This document shows, piece after piece, positions 15,318-30,219 of a DNA stretch of 64,000 nucleotides; position 1 is the stretch's first letter; the number at the start of each line of letters is the position of its first letter. The notes below the pieces were generated by a model. It was given only the letters and a program-made list of their open reading frames with translations, searched no databases and was not told the origin of the DNA. This DNA is from Eledone cirrhosa (lineage: Eukaryota): assembly GCA_964016885.1 (NCBI GenBank), contig OZ024741.1, positions 333,932,001-333,996,000 of the forward strand, given 5' to 3'. A program made the translations under genes and the position numbers.

Positions 15318-15850
15318 CATCATCATCATCATCATTTTACGTCCGCTTTTCCCTGCTTGCAAGGGTGGGATGGGTCCTATTCAACACAGCATCTCTCCAC
15401 TTGTCACGGTCCTTCATCATCTCCTCCGTGAGCTTCAGCGATCTGAGGTCCGCTCTCACCACCTCTGCCCATGTTTTTTGTGGCATTTCTCTACTGCATC
15501 TTCCTTCTACTGGAATTTCTTGGCATTTCCTTACCCAGCGGTCGTCTTCCATGCGCATCACATGTCCATACCATCGCAGACTTCTCTCCTGCACACTACA
15601 ACTTATCCCTCTTATACACAGTTTCTCTCTCAACTCATCCATGCTTGGTCATTCACATACATTGACATTACACATCTAATGGAGCATGCTTGCTTCATTT
15701 CTCTCCAACTGTCACATATCCTCTATAGTTGCTGCCCATGTCTCACTACCATGCAGCATCGCGCATCTCACACAGGCATCATATAACCGGCCTTTCATAC
15801 GCAGGGAGAAACCCTTCTTTGTCAGCAGAGGAAGCAGCGCCCTAAACTTC
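15318..15850 (-). mobile_element. RTE LINE 3' fragment with (GAT)n tail
   Basis: ORF 15337-15642 contains SLRWYGHVMRMEDDRWVRKC..PQKTWAEVVRADL..DRDKWR. Upstream it reads KFRALLPLLTKKGFSLRMKGRLYDACV. Confidence 0.9.
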
Positions 15851-15864
15851 TATATATATATATG

Positions 15865-16225
15865 AAGTACAAACATGGCTGTATGGTTAAGACATTCACT
15901 TTGCAGCTACATGGTTTTTGATTCAATCATATTGCATGGCACTTTGGACAAGTATCTTCTACTATAGGCTTGGGTTGACCAATGCTTTGTGAGTGGAATT
16001 TTATAGCCGGAACTTACTGAAACTTGTTGTATATGTATGTGTGTGTAGTGAGAGGTCTATATATTTGTGTTAGTGTTTATGTCCCACAACTGATCAGTTT
16101 GACAAAAAGAGATTGATAAAATAAGTGCCATACTTGAAGAAATAGGTTCTGGGGTTGATATGATTAAATAGATAAAGACAATACTCTAGCATGGCCACAG
16201 TCTAATGACTCACCCAGTAAAATAA
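15865..16225 (+). mobile_element. tRNA-derived SINE family C, decayed
   Basis: A-box-like TGGCTGTATGGTTAAG and core TTGGACAAGTATCTTCTACTATAG. Reverse partial copy at 56270-56390. Confidence 0.6.
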
Positions 16226-16255
16226 TTTAAAGATGTGTATGTATATGTGTGTGTG

Positions 16256-16349
<94 letters not shown>

Positions 16350-16351
16350 CA

Positions 16352-17229
16352 CAGGGTGCGGACAATATCTGTTCGCAAGTTTACTGACTATGAAAAAAAT
16401 AACACAGTAGTTATATTTTTTAAGATATATTTATCAAACTTGGGTCAGTTTGTCTTCATGATTTGTTCTTTCGATCTCACTCGATAAACCCACCATTAGC
16501 TTTGATGACGGCCTCAAGGCGGCCTCGGAACCGGCTACAGGCCTTCATCACTGTCCTCTGACTTAGGCCCCTAAGGCACTTGTGATCCTGGCCTTCAGAT
16601 CGTCTTTCGTATTGCAGCTAGATCTGTTGGTGTCTCGTTCCACTGCACCCCACACAAAGAAGTCGAGGGGGTTTCAGTCAGGCGAGCTGGGAGGCCAGAT
16701 GTCAGGTGAAGTGTGGTCGACAAAGTTCTCTGACAGCCAGGCTTGGGTCTTTCGGCTGGTATGGCAGGGCGCTGAGTCTTGCTGCCACACGTACGGCCTA
16801 CCTGCAGCTACCTGGTGGATCCAGGGCTTTACTACCTCGCTCAGAACGCGGATGTAGCCATCGGTGTTCAGCTTGAGGCCCACAGGGAAGAAGTGAGGTG
16901 GCATAACGTCACTTTGACTGCTGACGACACCTTGACTGCTGACGAGACCTAAGACCAATGTTGTCGCTGGAAAATTTGTCTGCATGACTCTGGGCACGTC
17001 TTTGGATGATCTTCTGTTCTTATTTGTCCTCCCGGCGTGGATTCCAAGAAGAACTCCGTGTCTCTTCCACAAATTTGGAGGTTCAAAATTATTCATAATC
17101 AATTATTCTGAAAATAAATAATGGAAATATAGTCACTGTTTTTATGAAGACAAGAGTGAAAACGGAAGTAAAAAAAATTTGCATAAAATTAGCAGTTGAA
17201 AATTGCGAACAGATGTCGTCCGCACCCTG
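16352..17229 (-). mobile_element. Internally deleted Tc1/mariner DD37D (maT-type) transposon
   Basis: 27-bp TIRs CAGGGTGCGGAC[AAT/GAC]ATCTGTTCGCAA, TA on the right flank and CA on the left. Transposase remnant WQQDSAPCH...WPPSSPD*NPLDFFVW has 37 residues between the second and third Asp. Confidence 0.92.
16480..17102 (-). pseudogene. DD37D transposase remnant
   Basis: ORF 16674-17102 plus continuation past a TGA. The N-terminus is fused to the catalytic region, and most of the HTH and the first Asp are deleted. Confidence 0.85.
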
Positions 17230-17242
17230 TATATATATATAT

Positions 17243-18230
17243 AGGAATAGTGGACACCTTCCGTTATCTGGGTGACAAAATCAGCAGTGGTGGAGGGTGC
17301 TCAGAAAGTACAGTAGCCAGAGTCAGAACAGGATGGAAAAAGTTCAGAGAGCTTATACCACTATTGGCCACTAAAGGTTTCTCTCTAAAAATGAAAGACA
17401 GACTGTATGATGCCTGCATATGAACAACTATGTTACATGGCAGTGAGACATGGGCATTGTGTGCAGAGGATCTGCGCAGACTGGAGAGGAACGAAGCATG
17501 CATGCTCTGCTGGATGTGTAATAGTAATATACGTGAACGGCAAAGCATAAATTAACTAAGTGAGAAATTAGGTATAAGAGGGATCAGATGCTGTTTACTC
17601 GAGAGAAGACTACGTTGGTATGGTCACGTGATGCGCATGAAAGATGACAGCTGTATAAAAAAGTGCAGCGCGATCAAAATTGATGGAAGTTACGGAGTAT
17701 GCAGACCCAGAAAAACCTGGGAAGATTTGATAAATTCCGACCTTACACACTTACACCTCTCTAAGACAATGTCACTGGACAGAGATCTTTGGCGCTACGC
17801 AGTAATACAGAAAACCCGCCTTGCCTAAGTACAAAGCGAAACCTACAGTCAGTAGGCACCTCTTAATCAAATATACACCCACTCCCACTACCCCAACTCC
17901 CCCATCCCCATCAACACCACCCCTTTTTCTGTAAAGTTATGTTGGTACCACAACATCCAGTCCTAAATAAATGAGGTTGTGTAGGAGTCACAACAAAAAA
18001 ACACACAGTCCACACTGTAATGTGGCCGTGTAGGTAACACGGTAAGAACCTCCCAGTCTACACTGTAAATGTGCTTGGTGTTAGGAAGGGCATCCAGCCG
18101 TAGAAAACCTCCCAGGCAGTCCCATACGAACGAGACGACCAATCTTGCCTCAAGCAGAACAATTCCCGTTTAAACCCATGCTAACGTGGAAGATAGACGT
18201 TAAACAATGATGATGATGATGATGATAATG

Positions 18231-18232
<2 letters not shown>
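17243..18232 (+). mobile_element. RTE LINE, 5'-truncated, with 3'UTR and (GAT)n tail
   Basis: VDTFRYLGDKISSGGGCSE..GWKKFRELIPLL..LHGSETW..RRLRWYGHVMRMKDDSCIKKC..RPRKTW. In-frame stops. Tail at 18208-18232. Confidence 0.92.
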
Positions 18233-18263
<31 letters not shown>

Positions 18264-18744
18264 AACACACACACACGCACGCATATATATATATATTATA
18301 TAAGAATAAAATTAATCCTTCATCAGTGATCTTCCAGCCTTCATTGGTATTTCATCGCTTTAAAGATCATGTACCTCTGGTTGGTGCGAGCAACGGCTAA
18401 AGAAAGTTGTTGGGACACGTAAATAGGGGGAACGAGCGAGACAGTAAACAAACAAAGATGGTAATGCGACGAAGAGTGAGGAAGAAGGAGTCAAGTCCCT
18501 GAAATCGATGAACATAAGTTCTGTGAAATCGTAGACGAGAGATAAAGACAATCCAACCTGGAGGAAGTGAAGGAGAGGGAGTAGCAGAGAGTGAGTGAGT
18601 GAAAGTGTGAGGAAGAGGCTAACTGAGAGAGTGACTGGCAGAGGGGGTAAAAAGAAAGTGAGAGATACAGGGAAAGGGGAAGCAGTAAGAAAGAAACAGA
18701 CGGGTCACAGCGGAGGAAAATATATAAATATATGAAAAAATGGC

Positions 18745-18816
18745 CATTATATATATACTATATATATATAGTATATATATATATACTATATATATATATA
18801 TATTATATATATATAC

Positions 18817-18848
<32 letters not shown>

Positions 18849-19136
18849 ATACTATATATAAATATATATATATTATATATATATATACTATATATATATA
18901 TATATATACTATATATATATATTATAGTAATGATAATAAATTTGAAGACTAAAATCCAAAGAGGGCTCGATAAGGATAAATATATATCAAATATATAAGA
19001 ACTGTAGAGCAAATAATTTTAATAAATATATATATATTAAATATATATATATTATATATATATATATATACTATATATATACTATATATATATATTATAT
19101 ATATACTATATATATATATACTATATATATATATAT
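18745..19136. repeat. Degenerate (TA)n array with a 105-bp unique insert
   Basis: Insert 18921-19025 is repeated directly at 20413-20518 and carries ATCGAGCCCTC on the - strand. Confidence 0.9.
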
Positions 19137-20072
19137 CATCATCATCATCACCGTTTTACGTCCGTTCTTCCACGCTAGCATGGGTTAGACGGGTTGTCCT
19201 GTTGTGGGCAGTGTCTGGTCGGCTGACCATGCCTTGCTCATACAGGAACTGATCTGGCTTGATTTCTACAGCTGGATGCCCTTCCTAACACCAACCTCAT
19301 TTACAGTGAGTGCTGGGTGCTTTTTCGTGGCGCCTACACATCCACTTTACAGTGTGGGCTGGGTGCTTTTTTGCCGTGGCACCTCCACGACCACCTTGCG
19401 GTGGGGGGGGGGGGCATATTGTTTATATGCTTCAGCATGTACCCATGGGAGGTCGGGTACCCTGTATTACTGCGTGACGCCAGAAGTCACGGTCGTGTGT
19501 CATTGACTTTGAGAGGTGTAGTTGGGTAAGGTCGGCTTTTATCACCTCATCCCAAGTCATCTTGGGTCTCCCCACTCCGCGGTTTCCATCAACTTCTAGT
19601 GCTCTGCACCTTTTTATGCAGCTGTCATCCTTCATACGCATCACATGTCCATACCAGCGTAACCGCCTCTCCTGCACGCAGCATTTGATTCCTCTTATGC
19701 TCAGTCTCTCTCTCAATTCATTTATGCTTTGTCGTTCACGTATATTACTGTTACACATCCATCGGAGCATGCAGGCTTCGTTTCTCTCTAATCTACGTAA
19801 GTCTTCCACCTTCAGCGCCCAGGTCTCACTACCATGCAACATCGCTGTTCGGATACACGCATCATACAGTCTGCCTTTCATTCTGAGGGAGAAGCCTTTT
19901 GCAGCTAGCAGTGGTAGTAGTTCCCTAAACTTCTTCCATCCCGTTCTTACCCTAGTTATTGTACTTTCTGAGCACCCACCTCCGTTGCTAATTCGGTCAC
20001 CTAGGTAGCAGAAGCTGTCTACTGTTTCTACAGGGCCCTCCCAGAGATTGGTGGTACTTGTTTCCTGTGGCT
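19137..20072 (-). mobile_element. RTE LINE, 5'-truncated, with 3'UTR and (GAT)n tail
   Basis: ORF 19432-19881 reads MLHGSETWAL..ERRLRWYGHVMRM..GRPKMTWDEVI..DRDFWR. Upstream VDSFCYLGDRI. Confidence 0.93.
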
Positions 20073-20252
20073 GTATATTATATATATATATATATACTAT
20101 ATATATATATATTATATATATATATACTATATATATATATATAGTATATATATATATATACTATATGTATATATATATATTATATATATATATACTATTT
20201 ATATATATTATATATATATATATATAATATATTATATATATATATATATATA

Positions 20253-20300
<48 letters not shown>

Positions 20301-20361
20301 TATTTATATTTATTATATATATATATACTATATATATATATTATATATACTATATATATAC

Positions 20362-20393
<32 letters not shown>

Positions 20394-20563
20394 ATACTAT
20401 ATATATATATGTATTATAGTAATGATAATAAATTTGAAGACTAAAATCCAAAGAGGGCTCGATAAGGATAGATATATATCAAATATATAAGAACCGTAGA
20501 GCAAATAATTTTAATAAATATATATATATTAAATATATATATATTATATATATATATATATAC

Positions 20564-20608
<45 letters not shown>

Positions 20609-20748
20609 CTATATATATATATATATTATATATATACTATATATATATAGTATATATATATACTATATGTATATATATATATTATATATATATATACTAT
20701 TTATATATATTATATATATATATATACTATATATTATATATATATATA

Positions 20749-20794
<46 letters not shown>

Positions 20795-20995
20795 TATTTA
20801 TATATATTATATATATATATACTATATATATATATTATATATACTATATATATACTATATATATATATTATAAATACTATATATATATTATATATATATA
20901 CTATTTATATATATATATACTATATATATATATATATTATATATATATATATACTATATATATATATTATATATATATATATACTATATATATAA

Positions 20996-21045
<50 letters not shown>

Positions 21046-21089
21046 TATATATATATATATTATATATATATATATATATATACTATATA

Positions 21090-21133
<44 letters not shown>
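20073..21133. repeat. ~1 kb degenerate (TA)n array
   Basis: Seen directly, with TACTA and TATTA interruptions. Confidence 0.95.
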
Positions 21134-22085
<952 letters not shown>

Positions 22086-22093
22086 TATTACAA

Positions 22094-22235
<142 letters not shown>

Positions 22236-22265
22236 TATATATATATATTATATATATATATATAT

Positions 22266-22296
<31 letters not shown>

Positions 22297-22329
22297 ATAT
22301 ACATATATATATATATTATATATATATTT

Positions 22330-23412
22330 ATTAAAATAACAGATTAAAGTTTAACCAAAGAATCGCTGCTTTCACCCTTAACGGGATCTTCTGAAACTAA
22401 CAAAGCCAATCTGTGAACGCAGAAGTAAATATTTCAAAAAACGTTTCAACCGGAGGAAGACAGGAAGATGATACTTTGGTTCGTGGAAACGTTCCCTGGC
22501 AAAGAACGGGAAAAAACGAATATAGTACGTCATTATTTGGAGCGGTGAAAAGCAATTACACGCAAAGACAGAACCACGTTTATGGTATAAAAGAAGTCGT
22601 AGACCGAATATTCTATTAGGTGGTTCATGTGGCAATGAACGGAAAAAACGAAGATAATACGTCATATGTGGTGCGGGAGAACAATTGCACGCAAAGACAA
22701 AACCACGTAAATGGTATAACTTAAGTCGTAGACTAAAATTCTAACCAGGAAACCGAATGATTCTCGGCTTCAGAGTTAAGAATAAAGTAAATAAAATACA
22801 GAGGTAATTTAAATTAAATAAATACATACACGCATCCATATACGTACATACACAAGCATACGCGAAAACACTCGCCATACTCGCAATTACACACAAAAAA
22901 ACAACCCAAAAACCCCGCACGCACATACAGAACCCACGCAACGCCTGTACCCGCACGCATACGAATGTATACACCAAATACACATAAAAATATATATTAA
23001 AATATATATATATATATGTGTGCGTGTGCGTGTATACATATAATTAAATAAACGTATATAAATAAATAAATACGTATATAACAAGCGCACACACACATAT
23101 ATATATATGTTCGGAGACGTACGTCAACCTAGTCTACGACTTCTTTTATATCATAAACGTGGTTTTGTTTTTGCGTGTAATTGCTTTTCACTGCTCCAAA
23201 TAATGACGTATTATATTCGTTTTTTCCCGTTCTTTGCCAGGGAACGTTTCCACGAACCAAAGTATCGTCTTCCTCGAACCAAAGTATCGTTGCAACGTTT
23301 TTTGAAATATTTACTTCTGCGTTCACAGATTGACTTTGTTAGTTTCAGAAGATCCCGTTAAGGGTGAAAGCAGCGATTCTTTGCTTAAACTTTAATCTGT
23401 TATTTTAATAAA
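22330..23412. mobile_element. Fold-back element with ~280-bp inverted arms and hammerhead-like motif
   Basis: 22330-22604 is the reverse complement of 23132-23412. Internal ~130 bp tandem duplication at 22620-22735. (TA)n on both flanks. Confidence 0.85.
23341..23391 (+). ncRNA. Hammerhead-like motif with CAGAAGA core
   Basis: AGTTT CAGAAGA TCCC GTTAA GGGT GAAA GCA GCGATTCTT TGC TT AAACT. Inverted copy at 22348-22398. Confidence 0.5.
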
Positions 23413-23622
23413 TATTATATATATATATATATATTATATACATATATATATATTATATACATATATATATTATATATATATATATATATTATATACATAT
23501 ATGTATATTATATACATATATATATATTATATACATATATATATAATATATATATATATTATATATATATATATTATATACATATATATATATATTATAT
23601 ACATATATATATTATATATATA

Positions 23623-23656
<34 letters not shown>

Positions 23657-23680
23657 CATCATCATCATCATCATCCTCGT

Positions 23681-24088
23681 TTAATATATAAGGGTACAAA
23701 GAATCAGTGTTGCATCATATACATATTTAATTACATATTACATATGTTTCACTGTCGATCAGCTCGAGGAATAATCTATTAATGATCGAACCTGAATCAG
23801 GAATCGGAAACTCATAAGATATGTTTTACCATGCAGACTCATGAGTCTGCATGGTAAAATATATCTGAGGAGCTTCCGATTCCAAACTCAGGTTCGATTA
23901 TTAATAGATTATTCCTCGAGCTGATCGACAGTGAAACATATGTAATATGTAATTAAATATGTATATGATGCAACACTGATTCTTTGTTCCCTTATATATT
24001 AATACTATTGATACTCTGCACCCCAACAGCACCGAGTGCTCATTCGGCATACTGCCCATGGACGCAATTAACTAGCACCTTAATACCT
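23681..24088. mobile_element. 320-bp spacerless palindrome (fold-back pseudo-LTR pair) plus 3' tail
   Basis: Centre is ATGCAGACTCA|TGAGTCTGCAT at 23841/23842, arms 23681-23841 and 23842-24002. The tail carries ACCGAGTGCTC at 24031 and is related to 57810-57895. Confidence 0.9.
23860..23949 (+). ncRNA. Type I hammerhead ribozyme with extended stem II
   Basis: ATAT CTGAGGA [61 nt including TCAGGTTCGA/TCGAGCTGA pairing] GAAA CATATG TA ATAT. The left-arm copy has CTTATGA. Confidence 0.6.
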
Positions 24089-24115
24089 ATATATATATAT
24101 ATATATATATATATA

Positions 24116-24511
24116 AGCAAGATGTATGGTAGGTCGTACGTAAATCGCGATGATCACGCCTGACCTACCAAATATGCGACGGTAGCTAGTTAAGCTCTAT
24201 AATTTTTAACCTTCAATCCCTAACTTTTAGGCCCTTTTCAAATTCTCTTAATTCCCTCTAACCCATCCTTTTTACAACTCCTACAACTATTATAAAAGAG
24301 CCCCCTTAGAATATAGACCCCAGATAAACAAGCTGAGCTGTTGATGTAAATCACGATTTCAAACTGCTAATCTTGAGTGAAACGTTGATGAAAATAATGA
24401 ACTTACAATTACCTGTTATATGCCTTGAGAAGACCCACCACATGGTCGGATGAAACGGCTGTCGGCAATAAACTTGTTGTAATGTCATAAAAGTTCCTTT
24501 GTTCTTTTTCC

Positions 24512-24513
<2 letters not shown>
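24116..24513 (+). mobile_element. Pseudo-LTR-like element with decayed hammerhead
   Basis: 24421-24466 reads TGCC TTGAGAA GACC..GGTC..GAAA CGGCTG TC GGCA, followed by AATAAA. 5' hairpin TGGTAGGTC/GACCTACCA. (TA)n flanks. Confidence 0.5.
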
Positions 24514-24574
<61 letters not shown>

Positions 24575-24732
24575 CAATTAAGGTGACAGATAAGAGTTCT
24601 TAAAATATTCAATACTTTACAATTGTTTCAACACATCACTCAATGGAATATAAAGCCAGGATAAACAGAACAGGAAAAAATAATACAGAAATAGTTGTTG
24701 AAACGGCAGGAGCTCAGCCCTCGGGGTTCCTC

Positions 24733-24791
<59 letters not shown>

Positions 24792-25634
24792 CCCATACAA
24801 TTTTATATACATATATACACACACACACATTCATATATTTCTACTATATAAATGCATCATCTTTCATTCTTATTCTTTCCTTCCTCCTCACTTCCTTCTT
24901 TCTTTATTAATTTTTTTCTTTCTCAACTTTCCTTCCTTTTAAACCACACATCATCATCATCATCTACCTGAGAAAGAGAAAGAGGGAGGGATGGAGGAAC
25001 ACAGACACCAATCTAGGAAGAAGAGGAGGAGACCAAGGTGAAATGATTGTTTTGCTGAGATGGTTTGAGGTTATCAAATATATATAAAAAATGAGAATAA
25101 AATATAAAATAAAGATAAAAAATATATAAAGAGAAACAAACGAAAGAGAATAGTAAAGAAAAAATAAGGAAAAAATAAAGGAAAAAAAATAAAGAAAAAG
25201 TAAATAAAAAATAAAAATAGAAATAAAACTAATAATATAAATTAATAAAATGATTATAATAACTGAAATGGAAAGTAAAAGAGAGAGAGGTAGTGGAGGG
25301 AGGGAGGGTTCTGAGAAAGAAGTATAAGGAGAGATTCTGTGTAGAGATAAGAACAGTAGTAGTAGTAGTAATGGCGGTGGTGGTGGTAGTAGTGTTAGTG
25401 TGGGTGGTGTTTTTATATTTATTTATTTATTTATTTATTATGTTTATTTTAGTTATATTATTTATTTATTTGATAACCCCAAACTCTTGGCAAACAATAC
25501 TTGTTCCAACCCTTTCTTCTCAATGTCTGACTTTTCTTTCACCATCCCATCACTCACATCCCCCATATACATACATACACACACACATACATACATTTAC
25601 ATCACTCATTACTCATTCACACACATATTCACAC

Positions 25635-25682
<48 letters not shown>

Positions 25683-26119
25683 CACACTGACACAAATACA
25701 GGCATTCCCCACACAGACACACATATACAGGAATAAAATCTAGCAAAGATATTTTGGTGATTGTTGGTAAAGAAGAGAAAAGAGTCAAAGAATTATTCCC
25801 TGGAGACTGAGGAAGGCAACTAACATGTAGTTGTGTCTTTAATCAATACACATCCTGCCATTTATAGAGAATAGAGATGAAGAAGACTTGCAAGTTAAAA
25901 TATAAAGAAAGCTATTTATTAAGTAGTTTTCTACATGCCATAAGCTATCAACATGAGTGTATATGTGCATGTGTGTGAGTGTATACATACACACACACAC
26001 ATTATGTGTGTGTATGTGTGCACATCTGTGCCTGTGTGTAATACATCCAGTCACATACACAGATGCCTTTAGATAAAAGATTGGAAGATTGACAGAGAGA
26101 TATCATTGTTTGTGTACAG

Positions 26120-26796
<677 letters not shown>

Positions 26797-27109
26797 ACAC
26801 AGAAACTTAAATAGTCATTGATTGGTATCTTTATCTAATGAAAGATTCTGAGCAATAGTTTGATAAAGAATATATAGTTTGTGTTGTCAATGTCGTTTTA
26901 CCATTTTACTTGAAAATGGTAAAATGGTCTCCAGTGGATGATCAACAGTCGAGAAAGAATAAATTACGTTCTGCCACAAACAACTAATGACAAACAAACC
27001 TAATTTTCTTTGCTTCATTTCCAAGCTGAAGAATTTCAAAATGAAATGAGTGAAAAACAAAACAGATAGATAAAAAAAATGATGTCAAATAACTAGCAAC
27101 AATTTCAAA

Positions 27110-27169
27110 ATAAGCAACAGCTGCAATAACAGTAGAAACAAAAACAGCAGCACCACCACCACCACCACG

Positions 27170-27233
<64 letters not shown>

Positions 27234-28330
27234 GTAGCAGCAGCAGCAACAACAAAAGAGACAGCAGCATCAATAGTAGCAATGTCATCCACAACAACAG
27301 CATCAACAACAACAGCAGCAGCACCAACAACAACAACTGAACCAAAAACAACAAAAGAAACAACAGCAGCATCAACAGCAACAAACGCAACAGCAGCACC
27401 AACACCAACACCACCACCAAAAACAACAACATCAAAAGAGACAGCAGCATCAACAGCAGCACTGCCATCAACAAACATAGCAGCAGCACTAACAGCACCA
27501 AGAACAGCATCTGCAACTCTTCCAACAACCACATTGCAACCACAACTTCACCAACAAACAACTACTCCAACTACTGATATTGCAACAACAACTGCACTGA
27601 CAATAACAACTGCACCAACAACCACAACAACAACACCAACAACCACATTGCACTTACAACTGCACCAACAAACACAACTGCTCCAACTACTGGTATTGCA
27701 ACAACTGCACCAGCAAACAATTGCTCCAACTACTGATTTGCAACAACAACTGCACTGACAATAACAACTGCACCAACAACCACAACAACAACACCAACAA
27801 CGACATTGCACTTACAACTGCACCAACAAACACAACTGCTCCAACGACTGGTATTGCAACAACTGCACCAGCAAACAATTGCTCCAACTACTGATATTGC
27901 AACAACAACTGCACTGACAATAACAACTGCACCAACAACCAGAACTGAACAAACAACCACAACAATAACACTAACAACAACAACTGCAACAACACCAACA
28001 ACCACGGTTGCAACAACAACTGCACCAACAACCACAGTTGCAACAACAACTGCACCAACAACCACAGTTGCAACAACAACTGCACCCACAACCATGATTG
28101 CAACAACAACTGCACCCACAACCACAATTGCAACAACAACTGCACCCACAACCACGATTGCAATGACAACTGCACCAACAACCACAAATGCACCGCCACC
28201 AACAACCACAAACACACCGCCACCAACAACAATGACAGTACCACTAACAACAGAAACAACAATACCAACAACAAAATCTATGAAAAATCAACCAAACAAT
28301 GATACAGTAAATGTTGTGTACAGCAATAAC
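27110..28330. repeat. (ACA)n-derived Thr-rich minisatellite (mucin-like if translated)
   Basis: Pure (CAA)n at 27170-27233, ~159-bp units from 27567, 27726 and 27885, and 27-bp units ACCACAGTTGCAACAACAACTGCACCAACA-like at 28001-28200. Confidence 0.85.
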
Positions 28331-28440
28331 AAAAAGATCAATAAAAATAATCAATAAGCTGCTTTAATCTAATTTGAAAATGCTTTCAGTCTGACATTTA
28401 GCTTTAAATTAGAGGAAAAAAATATATATTTAAAATTGAA

Positions 28441-29437
<997 letters not shown>

Positions 29438-29857
29438 TCATCATCATCATCATCACCGTTTTACGTCCGTTCTTCCACGCTAGCATGGGTTAGACGGGTT
29501 CTCCTGTTGTGGGCAGTGTCTGGTCGGCTGACCATGCCTTGCTCATACAGGAACTGATTTGGCTTGATTTCTACAGCTGGATGCCCTTCCTAACCACAAC
29601 CTAATTTACAGTGAGTGTTGGGTGCTTTTTCGTGGCGCCTACACGTCCACTTTACAGTGTGGGCTGGGTGCTTTTTTGCCTTGTCACCTCCACGACCACC
29701 TTGCAGTGGGAGGGTGTGGAGGCATATTGTCTATATGCTTCAGCTTGTACCCATGGGAGGTCGGGTACTCTGTATTACTGCGTGACGCCAGATGTCACGG
29801 TGTTGTGTCATCGCCTTTGAGAGGTGTAATTGGGTAAGGTCGGCTTTTATCCCCTCA
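29438..29857 (-). mobile_element. RTE LINE 3' end with (GAT)n tail
   Basis: Closely matches 19137-19549. Confidence 0.9.
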
Positions 29858-30219
29858 TAAATATATATATATATAAATATAAAATAAAGTTAAATAAAAG
29901 TCAAATGATTAAAATTTAGCTTCGTTTATTACTGCTATATATATTTCAGTGACAGCCATCTTTGGCTGTGACCTCTTCAGGCAGTTTGAATTAGTATGGT
30001 ATAGACAAGTACATATGTTGTTTAGGTGTATGATATTGTCAATACTCTGATATGCCCAGTTCCTTGCTGGGTTGTTACTTCACTGGGGAACTGGAGTCAT
30101 ATGAATTCAAACAAACGAATTTTCGTGTCACAGGTCCCCTTCTCCTCTCATTGGTCAGTTATTAGTGTTGTCATTGTTGGAGTTAGCTTAAAAATTGATA
30201 AAATGGTGGAAGGGACAAG

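Noticed and set aside
16674-16676. TGA at the SPD*NPLD position of the transposase as possible read-through
   Set aside because: The element is internally deleted and decayed, so a simple nonsense mutation suffices.
22330-23412. DNA-transposon TIRs / MITE interpretation of the long inverted arms
   Set aside because: There are no superfamily-type termini or TSD. The arms carry hammerhead-like motifs and match the architecture of the coding PLEs in the window.
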